Shown here in pieces: positions 1 to 9,519 of a stretch of 64,000 bases of DNA (within the stretch, counting starts at the first letter, position 1; every line of letters starts with the position of its first letter). The stretch is from NCBI GenBank assembly GCA_963719035.1, contig CAVRAO010000006.1:96001-160000 (forward strand). The letters run 5' to 3'. The translations under genes were made by a program, and so were the position numbers. Source of the stretch: Methanobacteriota archaeon (GTDB taxonomy: Archaea; Halobacteriota; Bog-38; Methanoflorentales; Methanoflorentaceae). The notes beneath the pieces are model-generated. The model saw only the letters and a program-made list of their open reading frames with translations, did not search any database and was not told where the DNA came from.

Positions 1-74
1 ACGGCCCGCGCTTTTGTTGTGGGATCGCCCGATTGGCCACCGTGTACTGCAATTGTTCCAGGTCTTTGCATCAT
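1..74 (-). CDS. metY: O-acetylhomoserine sulfhydrylase / Cys-Met metabolism PLP enzyme (5' end only, runs off window)
   Basis: Manual translation MMQRPGTIAVHGGQSGDPTTKARAV matches the family N-terminus TxAVHGGQxxDPxTxARAVP; GGAGG SD upstream. Confidence 0.75.
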   Translation of the reverse strand, partial: MMQRPGTIAVHGGQSGDPTTKARA

Positions 75-92
75 CCGCCTCCTTACCGTGAT

Positions 93-116
93 AATTGTTA
101 TATAACAATTGTTATA
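93..116. promoter_or_regulatory. Overlapping perfect palindromes, candidate operator between divergent metY and HTH-nadA
   Basis: AATTGTTATATAACAATT (93-110) and TATAACAATTGTTATA (101-116) are both perfect inverted repeats. Confidence 0.6.
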
Positions 117-226
117 ATACTGATATTGGTGCTATAGCACACTGCCTGATCATTAAGGTTTCGGAGAGGGCAAAAGAGAGTATAAAGAGCAAGAACGTCG
201 TATAAAAGCGTCTTCCTACCCACGTC

Positions 227-1444
227 ATGACTTCCCAACGATTCCCCTGTGAGAATGCGGTTTGGCGCATCCTCCCCACCATCCGGTCCGAGATCGCCAA
301 ACAACTCGCTAGCCTCGGCCTGCCTCAGATGGTGATTTCAAAGCGCCTCGGTATCACGCAACCCGCGGTCAGCCAGTACGTAACTAAAAAACGAGGGATG
401 ACCTTCACCGTGAGCGATGAGGCTCAAAGACTCATCCAATCGCTCGCAGAAGACGTCGCACACGGAAAAGATATTAATCTCAACGAGCGGATGTGTGAGA
501 TATGCGCGAACATTCAGGGCACTGATAATTGCACCTCTGAGCCGGAATCTATGAGAGACCGTTTAAACAAACTGAAAGAAGCGAACGACGCCGTCATTTT
601 AGCGCATAACTATCAACGCGCAGAGGTTCAAGATGCCGCTGACTACGTGGGCGATTCGTTTGAGCTTTCAAAAATCGCATCTGAGCTTAATTGTTCCACG
701 ATCGTTTTTTGCGGTGTCGATTTCATGGCAGAAATCGCCGCCATTCTCTCGCCGGAAAAGACGGTACTTTTGCCAGTCAAAGAGGCGATGTGCCCGATGT
801 CGCGTATGATCGGCCGAAACGACGTCCGACAACTGAAGAGTCGCTATCCTGGAAGCCCGGTCGTATGCTACGTAAACACTTCAGCCGACGTTAAGGCCGA
901 GTGCGACGTGTGTTGCACGTCAGCAAACGCCATAAAGATCATAAACGAGCTTGAAGCAGACCAAATCTTGTTTATCCCCGATCGAAATCTCGGGGATTAT
1001 CTCGCGTCAAAGACTGATAAAGAGATAATCTCGTGGGACGGCTTCTGCCCGACACACCAAGTGATTACCCTTGGAGATGTACTTATCAAACGGCAGGAAC
1101 AGCCGGACTGCGAGATCGTCGTGCATCCCGAGTGCCGCCCTGAGGTGATCGCAGCAGCAGACTACGTTTATGGTACAGGGGGAATGTTGCGTCACGCCAC
1201 AAGAAGTAACGCGCGTCATATCGCCATCGGAACCGAACTAGGCATGCTCCATCGACTAGCAACGCAGGAGCCACATAAGGAGTTTTCTGCACTTGCTAAC
1301 GCCATTTGCCCTAACATGAAGCGCACGCACCTTGATGACGTGATCAACGCCCTCGAACAGCAGAAGCACCGCGTCACTGTGCCTGAGGACGTCCGTAAAG
1401 GCGCTAAAAAAGCGCTTGACAAGATGCTCGAGATCGGCGTCTAA
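227..1444 (+). CDS. nadA: Quinolinate synthase NadA with N-terminal HTH transcriptional-regulator domain
   Basis: Residues ~1-100: PCE..W.ILP.IR / LGITQPAVSQY..KRG HTH plus CEIC; then NadA motifs AHNYQ, GDS, FCGVDFMAE, CYVNTSA, HPEC, GTE, CPNMK. Confidence 0.9.
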   Translation: MTSQRFPCENAVWRILPTIRSEIAKQLASLGLPQMVISKRLGITQPAVSQYVTKKRGMTFTVSDEAQRLIQSLAEDVAHGKDINLNERMCEICANIQGTDNCTSEPESMRDRLNKLKEANDAVILAHNYQRAEVQDAADYVGDSFELSKIASELNCSTIVFCGVDFMAEIAAILSPEKTVLLPVKEAMCPMSRMIGRNDVRQLKSRYPGSPVVCYVNTSADVKAECDVCCTSANAIKIINELEADQILFIPDRNLGDYLASKTDKEIISWDGFCPTHQVITLGDVLIKRQEQPDCEIVVHPECRPEVIAAADYVYGTGGMLRHATRSNARHIAIGTELGMLHRLATQEPHKEFSALANAICPNMKRTHLDDVINALEQQKHRVTVPEDVRKGAKKALDKMLEIGV

Positions 1445-1537
1445 GGGTCCTGCTGACTTTTTGAAAGAATACGAATCGGCATATGAATCCACGTATAAAA
1501 ACAGGCAAAAAGGCAAACCGCCGATGCAAGGAGTGTT

Positions 1538-1990
1538 ATGTATAGCGAGAAAGTCATGCTGCACTTTATGAACCCGCACAACATGGGGGAGATCGAGAAC
1601 CCAAGTGGAGTGGGTGTGGTCGGGAACCCAGTTTGCGGCGACCTGATGCAGATTCAGATTAAGGTAGAGGGCGGGATTCTCACTGATGTCAAATTCAAGA
1701 CGTTCGGGTGCGGGGCAGCCATCGCGACGAGCAGCATGGTAACCGATTTGGCGAGGGGGAAGACGATCGAAGAGGCCTTAAAGATCACCCGTAATGACGT
1801 GGCCGAGAGCCTCGAGGGATTACCGCCGGTGAAGATGCACTGTTCAAATCTGGCTGCAGACGCACTCCACGCGGCAATTGAGGATTACCTGAAGAAAGAA
1901 GGACGTGGGGAGTGGCTCAACGAGAAGAAGAAGGGTGCAAAGAAAAATTCTGCAAAAAGAAAGAAGAGGCAGCCCCATCAAGCCGCTTAA
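1538..1990 (+). CDS. iscU: Fe-S cluster scaffold IscU/NifU-like
   Basis: YSEKVM.HF.NP.N.G, GNPVCGD, FKTFGCGAAIA, LPPVKMHCS. Confidence 0.95.
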   Translation: MYSEKVMLHFMNPHNMGEIENPSGVGVVGNPVCGDLMQIQIKVEGGILTDVKFKTFGCGAAIATSSMVTDLARGKTIEEALKITRNDVAESLEGLPPVKMHCSNLAADALHAAIEDYLKKEGRGEWLNEKKKGAKKNSAKRKKRQPHQAA

Positions 1991-2008
1991 CGCTGACTAT
2001 TGAGACCT

Positions 2009-2521
2009 CTAATAACCTGCATTTATTCGTGCTAAAATAGCGGTGGCATCCTCGTCACCGACGAAACTTTGAACTATAGCACCATTTTTTAGTAAAATCA
2101 TCGTTGGATAACTACTAACTCCATACTGGTTGTTTAGCTGAGTGTCGGCGCTTGATATCCATTGCACTGGGACCTTATTTTGAAGCTGCGCGAAGCTAGC
2201 TGAATTTTCCAAATTTGCGCAATGGGGACAGCCCGGATCATTGAAGAATAAAACACTAAAGCCTGTCGTTGGGGTTATCGTTGGGGTTGCTGAAGGGATT
2301 GCTGTTGGAGTTGTCGTTGGGGTTGTCGTTGGGGTTCTCGTTGGAGTCGCCGTGGGAGTAACTGCCTGCACGCTAGAAATCGCTTTCGATGAAACAGTCT
2401 TAGTCGAGTTACTAGCAGTAGATGGGGTCGGTGACGCGGTTGGCCCACTACATCCGGCTGCTATTACACAAAAAAGTAATACGGCACACACTGCCAACGT
2501 TACTGTTCGTTTTTTTGTCAA
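2009..2521 (-). CDS. Thioredoxin-like lipoprotein with Thr/Pro-rich linker
   Basis: Lipobox IAAGC, PT repeats, CPHC active site, YGV..YPT cis-Pro motif. Confidence 0.8.
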   Translation of the reverse strand: MTKKRTVTLAVCAVLLFCVIAAGCSGPTASPTPSTASNSTKTVSSKAISSVQAVTPTATPTRTPTTTPTTTPTAIPSATPTITPTTGFSVLFFNDPGCPHCANLENSASFAQLQNKVPVQWISSADTQLNNQYGVSSYPTMILLKNGAIVQSFVGDEDATAILARINAGY

Positions 2522-2704
2522 ACTGACACCTCGGCGAAGTGATGGGTCACTTCGGATGCAAAAAGACTTGCTTCAACATACATAAGTTTTCTGTCTGAAA
2601 ACCCGTTTCAGATCGCTTGTTAGGTTATTTCCAAAAAAAGAAGGCTGCAGCGCCCTTTCTCTGCACTCGAGCTAATCGCTTCACACGCTTACCCCATCTC
2701 AAGC

Positions 2705-3331
2705 TTACATAAATGCTGCTTTGATGCCAGTGATGATGAACTGCACGCCAATGGCGAGCAGGAGCAGTCCAAGCACGCGGTTGACCACTTTAAGCTCTTT
2801 TTCTCGGATACCTCCCGAAATGATGTAGGAGTGGACCATCGCATAGTAAACGATGCCTATAACAACAAAAATAGCCGCAAAAACAATGACAATTGCCGAC
2901 CAGCCCTGCCCAGCTGCGTCCCCAATGAGGACGATGACCGTCGTTATGGCTCCTGGACCGGCTATGATCGGAATGGCCAACGGCGTTACCGCTACATCCT
3001 CCGCGTAAGTCTTTGGGCTCTGCGGGGCCGGTTGCTTGGTGAAAGACACGCGTGCGTAGACCATCTCTAGGCCAATCAAAAAGAGAAGGACCCCGCCTCC
3101 GATTCGTAGAGCGGCAAGAGTGATGCCAAAAAGCTGAAGAATCCCATAACCTCCAACTGCAAAGACCAGCAAAATCGCGAGTGCATACACAGAGGCGTCA
3201 CGGGCTATCTTTCGCTGGTGCGCGCGATCAACATCCTTAATCAACGAGACAAAAAAGAGCGTCACCGTAATGGGATCAATGAGGATGAAAATTGAAGAGA
3301 AGGCTAACAGTGCAAAGCTAAGCAAATCCAT
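2705..3331 (-). CDS. MarC family membrane protein
   Basis: FGIT..ALRIGGG.LL, AVTPLAIPIIAGPGAIT, RVLGLLLLAIGVQ. Confidence 0.9.
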   Translation of the reverse strand: MDLLSFALLAFSSIFILIDPITVTLFFVSLIKDVDRAHQRKIARDASVYALAILLVFAVGGYGILQLFGITLAALRIGGGVLLFLIGLEMVYARVSFTKQPAPQSPKTYAEDVAVTPLAIPIIAGPGAITTVIVLIGDAAGQGWSAIVIVFAAIFVVIGIVYYAMVHSYIISGGIREKELKVVNRVLGLLLLAIGVQFIITGIKAAFM

Positions 3332-3577
3332 GAGGTTCCTCCCCTTATCAAACGTTCAAAGTTAACGCAATTGTGCTAAGACTACAAATGTATGACTGTA
3401 TAACCGCTGTACATATAATGACATCCTCGGAAACCTGCTAAAATAAATCGATAACCTTCGACATGAACGCCGCTCGCAATCGTTAACGATCGCAGAACGT
3501 TTTTCAAACCAGAAACCTTTATAACAAGCTGCAAGAGTGGAGCGTACGAGCAACTTGCTCGCGTCATAGGGAAGTAT

Positions 3578-4438
3578 ATGAAAGTACTGGTAACAGGGGC
3601 AAGCGGGTTACTTGGCAGCGCCTTGCTTAGAGTGGCGCTGGAAAACGGCGTAATCGCTGTCGCTGCTTATAACAGCCACCCGCTCAACGGTGGTCTGCAG
3701 ATGGATATCACCGATCAAGCTCAGGTCCACGCTACTGTGAGTCGCATCGCCCCGGACTACGTGATACACACTGCGGCTTTCACCGACGTCGATACGTGCG
3801 AAATCGAACCGCAACGCGCTTGGGACGTGAACGCGCTCGGCACCAGAAACGTCGCCGAGGCTTGCGAGCAGCACGGCGCAAAACTAATCTACATTTCGAC
3901 CGATTACGTCTTTGACGGTGAAGATGGCCCTTATTCAGAAGAGGCGCCGACTCATCCTATAAATGTCTACGGCGAGTCAAAACTCGCTGGTGAAGGATTT
4001 GCTCTGAATAGCGGCTTCAATGCGGTCGCTCGCGTGTGCGTGCTGTACGGGCCCGACAAACCCAACTTCGTCACGTGGGTGATCAACTCGCTACGCGCAC
4101 AAACGCCGATTAACGTCGTAAGGGATCAATACAACACGCCCACGTACGTCGGCAACTGTGCACGTGCCCTGCTGCGCATGTGCGAGCTTGGGCTTATAGG
4201 CGTCTATCACGTTTCTGGGCGCGAGCTACTCAATCGATACGAGTTCGCCTGTGCAATCGCGGACGTGTTTGCGTTGAATAAGAAACTTATTAACGAGACA
4301 ACGACAGACACGTTGCATCAGCAGGCGCGACGGCCGATGAACTCCTCACTTAGAGTAGAGAGAGCTGAACACGCCCTAGGGATGCGCCTTGCAAACGTAC
4401 ACGAAGGGCTGACCCTTCTGCGGGACGAATGGCGATGA
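3578..4438 (+). CDS. rfbD: dTDP-4-dehydrorhamnose reductase
   Basis: TGASGLLG, HTAAFTDVD.CE, ISTDYVFDG, YGESK. Confidence 0.93.
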   Translation: MKVLVTGASGLLGSALLRVALENGVIAVAAYNSHPLNGGLQMDITDQAQVHATVSRIAPDYVIHTAAFTDVDTCEIEPQRAWDVNALGTRNVAEACEQHGAKLIYISTDYVFDGEDGPYSEEAPTHPINVYGESKLAGEGFALNSGFNAVARVCVLYGPDKPNFVTWVINSLRAQTPINVVRDQYNTPTYVGNCARALLRMCELGLIGVYHVSGRELLNRYEFACAIADVFALNKKLINETTTDTLHQQARRPMNSSLRVERAEHALGMRLANVHEGLTLLRDEWR

Positions 4439-5508
4439 AAGGATTATTACTATCCGGAGGCAGCGGCACTCGACTGCGGCCATTGACCCACAGCGGACCT
4501 AAACAACTAATCCCCGTAGCGAACAAGCCCGTGCTCATTTATGCACTCGAGGATCTCAGAAAGGCCGGTATTACTGAAGTCGGGGTTATCCTTGGACTTA
4601 ACGGCCGGGAACAGGTCATGGAGCGGATCGGTGACGGATCAGCGTACGGCGTGAACGTCTCTTATATCGATCAAGGCGCTCCGCTCGGAATCGCACACGC
4701 AGTCGCGTGCGCCGAGGACTTCTTGGCGGACGACCCGTTCGTCGTCTACCTCGGCGACAATATCCTGCGTCACGGGATTGCCCCGTTGGTCGCAGAGTAC
4801 GACAAGGGACAGTGCGACGCGGTTATCGCGCTTCAGCGCGTGCCCGACCCTGAACGATACGGTGTCGCCGAAGTTGATAAAAGCGGACGTTTAATACAAC
4901 TCGTTGAAAAGCCCAAAAAACCCAAGAGCGATCTTGCACTCGTGGGGGTATACCTTTTTACCACCCCTATATTTGACGCAATTCGGCAGATCCAACCGTC
5001 GTGGCGCAACGAACTTGAAATCACCGACGCCATACAGCGGCTCATCGACACGCGCCACGTCGTAAAGCATCACGTCATCCGGGGCTGGTGGAAAGACACC
5101 GGTATGCCTGAAGACATCCTCGAGGTCAACAGGCTCCTGCTAGACGACCTCGTGCCCCTCGTCGAGGGTACGGTCGAGGAGGGGGCCGTATTAAAGGGCC
5201 GCGTTTCTATCGGCAAGGAATCGGTGCTAAAAAGCGGGTGCACGGTATTTGGCCCGACCATCATTGGAGAGAACTGCACCATCGATGCAGGGACGTACAT
5301 CGGACCATACACCTCGATTGGCGATAAGACGCACGTATCCGGGGCTCACATAGAAGATTCGATCGTTATCGGAGAGAGCGTCATTACGTGCAGGGAAACA
5401 ATAGTCGAGAGTTTGATCGGCGATAAAACACAGATCCGGTCGACCGACCAGAAGCTGCCCAAGGGGCATCGTCTCATCGTCGGCTCAGGATCATCGATTG
5501 ACTTGTAA
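4429..5508 (+). CDS. rfbA: Glucose-1-phosphate thymidylyltransferase (long form)
   Basis: GGSGTRLRPLT..GPKQL, YLGDN, EKP, ELEITDA, WWKDTG, C-terminal beta-helix. Confidence 0.93.
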   Translation: MAMKGLLLSGGSGTRLRPLTHSGPKQLIPVANKPVLIYALEDLRKAGITEVGVILGLNGREQVMERIGDGSAYGVNVSYIDQGAPLGIAHAVACAEDFLADDPFVVYLGDNILRHGIAPLVAEYDKGQCDAVIALQRVPDPERYGVAEVDKSGRLIQLVEKPKKPKSDLALVGVYLFTTPIFDAIRQIQPSWRNELEITDAIQRLIDTRHVVKHHVIRGWWKDTGMPEDILEVNRLLLDDLVPLVEGTVEEGAVLKGRVSIGKESVLKSGCTVFGPTIIGENCTIDAGTYIGPYTSIGDKTHVSGAHIEDSIVIGESVITCRETIVESLIGDKTQIRSTDQKLPKGHRLIVGSGSSIDL

Positions 5509-5591
5509 ACGACCGATTGTGTGAATGGCGCACGATCACAACGAAATGACCTTAATTTAGCAAAAGAGTTATACCGTGGCCTCTTTATTAG

Positions 5592-6014
5592 TTGATGGTG
5601 ATTAACGTGGAGGATAGCAACGCAACAATTAGCGAAGTCCTCGCGAACTTACAACAGATTTTCAATGGCGTTGAGTCGTTGGGTAAAGCCGTCGAGTTTG
5701 GTGACAAGGTCGCCATCCCGATCTACCAGTTCAACTTTGGTACAGGTGGCGGGGGTGGCGGTGGCGGCCGCGAAGGACGACCCAGTTCAGGCGTCGGGTT
5801 CGGGCTCGGCGGAACAATCGGCCCCGTGGCAGTCGTCATACTTACAAAGGATACGCCCGCCCCACAAGGAATACAAATACACGAATTTAAAGCTAATAAG
5901 CTCGGTGAGGCACTCGCAGAGCTCATTCCCCGTTTATGGGAGATGATCGAGTCGCAAATTGGCAAACGGGAAAAGCTCTCGAGCGAAAAGAAAGAGAAAC
6001 TGATGAACATCTGA
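5592..6014 (+). CDS. YtfJ/GerW-family protein
   Basis: G.AVE.GDKV.IP....FG.GGGGG ... GFGLGG.I.PVAVV pattern. Confidence 0.7.
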   Translation: MMVINVEDSNATISEVLANLQQIFNGVESLGKAVEFGDKVAIPIYQFNFGTGGGGGGGGREGRPSSGVGFGLGGTIGPVAVVILTKDTPAPQGIQIHEFKANKLGEALAELIPRLWEMIESQIGKREKLSSEKKEKLMNI

Positions 6015-6040
6015 AGGATCGAACGACGGATAATCAGAAC

Positions 6041-6583
6041 ATGCAGCAAAAAGAAGAGTTAGAAAGCCTTTTAAAGACGTGCGAGTCCGCAAAAGACAGC
6101 GTCGATGCGTTTTTACGAAGCATCAATGATTATGTCGCCGTGGTCGAAGAACTCCCTGCAATCGTGAAGCCGCTCGTACGACGAGACTTAGAGTCGAATA
6201 CAGGTATGAGCGCAGACGAATGGAAAGCGTTTTTAGAGAGGCTTGGAACGCGCTACAGCTCAATTTATGACGCAGCGCAGCGCGTGACTGGCGCGCTTGC
6301 CAACGGAGGCGACGATACAGAGGTCGCTGAGGCCACGGCAACATTCAACGCGATGTCAGCCCCACTCATAGAAGGCGCAGATACCGCCATAGAACAACTA
6401 GAGACGATGGCGGTATATATGGAGGGACTTCCCGACAAGATCAATATGGTACCAGAAGCGTTCCTAAAGGGAGATTCCCGCGATGAATTAATCTCTTCCG
6501 TGCCCGGACGCGTCGAACGGGCTCGAGCGTTGAAAGAGCTCCTCGAAAAGACGAAAGGGGAGCTGAGCGCGGTAGCCGGATAA
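6041..6583 (+). CDS. Hypothetical helical protein
   Basis: Open frame following the ytfJ-like gene; no recognisable motif; start chosen at ATG 6041. Confidence 0.6.
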   Translation: MQQKEELESLLKTCESAKDSVDAFLRSINDYVAVVEELPAIVKPLVRRDLESNTGMSADEWKAFLERLGTRYSSIYDAAQRVTGALANGGDDTEVAEATATFNAMSAPLIEGADTAIEQLETMAVYMEGLPDKINMVPEAFLKGDSRDELISSVPGRVERARALKELLEKTKGELSAVAG

Positions 6584-6713
6584 GCGATGGGTCAATAACA
6601 CCTTGATTGCCGAGCTCGATTAGATAATAAAGTATATTATAGTCGCCGTCGTGGCCTTGAAGAGCGCTGCACAGAGACGTTTTAAAGCGTATGCTACGAA
6701 CAGCGCTTAGAGA

Positions 6714-6925
6714 CTACTTTTTTGTAAGCTTGAATCTGAGGGTACGTCCGAGAGCGATACGATTACGATCCTTGAGCTCCTGCTTCTTACCTTCGTTCCA
6801 GCTTGAACCGCACTCATGTAGCCAGTCACGCGGGCGATATGTTCGACGTTGTGCGAACCACAGTTGGCGCACGTTTCGTGAAGGCCGCCCTCGACATGTG
6901 CGTCATCGAGGAATAACATCAGATC
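6714..6925 (-). pseudogene. nrdD: 3' remnant of a second nrdD (glycyl-radical loop region)
   Basis: Encodes LDDAHVEGGLHETCANCGSHNVEHIARVTGYMSAV; 1-nt deletion near 6806; no 5' part. Confidence 0.85.
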
Positions 6926-7005
6926 AAGTATGACACTAACTTAGTCACGTTCTCCGCCTTCGTAGGTCAAGAGCAAAAAGAAAAAAAGTGGAGGGGTTTG
7001 TCCCC

Positions 7006-8923
7006 TCAGAGGACTTGCACCGCCCTTACGACCTGAGCAGTCTGACCGGTTTTGTCGGTCACGGTGAGGGTGACGGTGTAGGTGCCCGCTTGTGCGTAGA
7101 TGTTTTGTGCTAGTGGTGTGGCAGAGTTGATTTTGTTGCCGTCGCCGAAGTCCCAGGCGTAGTTGGCGATGGTGCCGGTCGAGGTGGAGGCGTCAAAGGT
7201 GACGGATTGACCGACGGTAGGGTTAGCGCTGACGGTGAAGGCTGCCTTGAGTGTGGGGCAATGCAGCGACTGTGACAGACTGCGAAGTCGTGTCGGACGG
7301 TTGCCACTGGCATCGGTCACAGTGAGGGTGACGATGTAGGTTCCCGCCGCGCTGTAGGCGTGATGAACTAGCTGGTCCGTAGCGAGGGGATGAGCCGTCG
7401 CCGAAGTCCCAAGTCTACGTTGGCGATGGTGCCGGTCGAGGTGGCGGGCGTCAAAGGTCATGGTGATCGGTGCGTAGGTGTTAGCTGGCTCGAAGGTGAA
7501 GGCTGCCTTGAGTGTGGGGCAATGCAGTGACGTGTACCGCCTGTGCGACCTGAGCGGTCTGACCGGTGCCATCGGTCACGGTGAGCGTGACGGTGTAGCC
7601 GCCCGCTTGTGCGTAGGGGTGCTGTACCCGAGATCCGCTGCCCGTGGAGCCGTCGCCGAAGCTCCACTCATACTTGACGATGGTGCCGGTCGAGGTGGAG
7701 GCGTCAAAGGTGACGGGTCGGTTGATGCTGGGGTTCACTGGATCGAAGGTGAAGGCTGCCTTGAGTGTGGGGGGTGTTGCAGCGACAGTGACCTGCTGCG
7801 AAGTGCCAACGGCACCGTTTGCGTCGGCCACGGTGAGCCTGACGGTGTAGATACCTGCTGCGGTATAGGTGTGCTCTACCCGTTGTTGGTCAGATCCGCT
7901 GACGGGGGGTGAGCCGTCGCCGAAGCTCCACTCATACTTGACGATGGTGCCGGTCGAGGTGGAGGCGTCAAAGGTGACGGGTCGGTTGATGCTGGGGTTC
8001 ACTGGATCGAAGGTGAAGGCTGCCTTGAGTGTGGTTGAGGTTTTGACGTTTATGGTTTTAGTGAAAGTAGCGGTCTTTTGTGCTGAATCTGTCACGGTGA
8101 GGGTGACGGTGAAGGATTTTGCGTTCGGGGCTGTGAACTTAACCTGTTGTCCTGCTGCTTTCTGCCCATCGCTGGTGGTCCACGCGTAGGTGTATGGCGG
8201 TGTACCGCCGGATGCCCACGCCTTAACCGTGACAGGTTGTCCTGCTGCAGGACGCTCCGTTGCAACGAAGACAGCTGCTTTGAGCGCGGGCGGGGACTTT
8301 ATTGTGATGGTTTTGACGGCAGTAGCGGCTGCGCCGTTGTTGTCGGTCACGGTGAGGGTGACGGTGAAGGATTTTGCGTTCGGGGCTGTGAGCTTAGCCT
8401 GTTGTCCTTCCGCATTCTGCCCATCGCTGGTGGTCCACGCGTAGGTGTATGGCGGTGTACCGCCGGATGCCCACGCCTTAACCGTGACAGGTTGTCCTGC
8501 TGCAGGACGCTCCGTTGCAACGAAGACAGCTGCTTTGAGCGCGGGCGGGGACTTTATTGTGATGGTTTTGACGGCAGTAGCGGCTGCGCCGTTGTTGTCG
8601 GTCACGGTGAGGGTGACGGTGAAGGATTTTGCGTTCGGGGCTGTGAGCTTAGCCTGTTGTCCTGCTGCTTTCTGCCCATCGCTGGTGGTCCACGCGTAGG
8701 TGTATGGCGGTGTACCGCCGGATGCCCACGCCTTAACCGTGACAGGTTGTCCTGCTATCGCTGCGCATGGCGCGGTAAAAGAAGCTCCGAGTTTATGAGA
8801 ATTGTGAGCACTTGCCGCAACGGTTGCTGGAGCCATTGACACAAGGAGCACCGCGATCACAGCACACACAGCGATCGTTCTTCCGCCGCGTTTAACGGGC
8901 GGAATGAGTTCATCTTTAATCAT
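7006..8923 (-). CDS. Secreted multi-PKD-domain surface protein (frameshifted in 3' third)
   Basis: Signal peptide; repeated YxW(S/D)FGDG / YTVTLTVTD motifs; about 7 PKD units; frame breaks between ~7260 and 7520. Confidence 0.8.
8090..8757. repeat. 255-bp near-identical intragenic tandem repeat (~2.6 copies)
   Basis: GTGTATGGCGGTGTACCGCCGGATG recurs at 8190, 8445 and 8700; a second unit type recurs at 7647 and 7911 (264-bp spacing). Confidence 0.95.
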
Positions 8924-9519
8924 GCTATATCACTGACCTCGTCGGTGCCGCGCTTCGCACGGCTCGCCGACGGTCTTTTTGAAAACACGTATTTTTAGGA
9001 TTTGACTTTTATAAAAGTTTCGTTATAAAAATATGACAATGTTGTCCTATCTCGTCAAAATTACCTTATTTAGTCGAAATAGGACTATTTTAGCAGTTTT
9101 TATAAAGGGCCTTTCGAACGTGAAGAGCTACCTAGTCGAGATGTGCAAGGATTCGGGGACGCAACTCAAGGAGCTAGCACCGACAAAAAAGACCCCACAA
9201 AAAAGAAGACAAGTCTGCACGCAGGCTCAAAGGGATTAAGACGCATACATTATGAAGGCGTAAGCATCATAAAAAAGAGGAAAGCGATTGAGACTACCCT
9301 TTCAAACGTGAGGAACGTTCAACTCTAAATTCAATAGCGACGCTTCTGCTTACGGTGCTTCTCGAATCGACACATCAGTTAGAGCCGCTGCTCGGCTCCC
9401 CGAGGCGATTTGGCCGCCTTTTAGACCTCCGTTTACAGCTACCTCTCTTTGTATTAACGCTTCCACCGAGCGGCCTCGTCGTTGTTCGCCTATGCGCCGA
9501 CTTGCTTGCTAAGCTCGAA

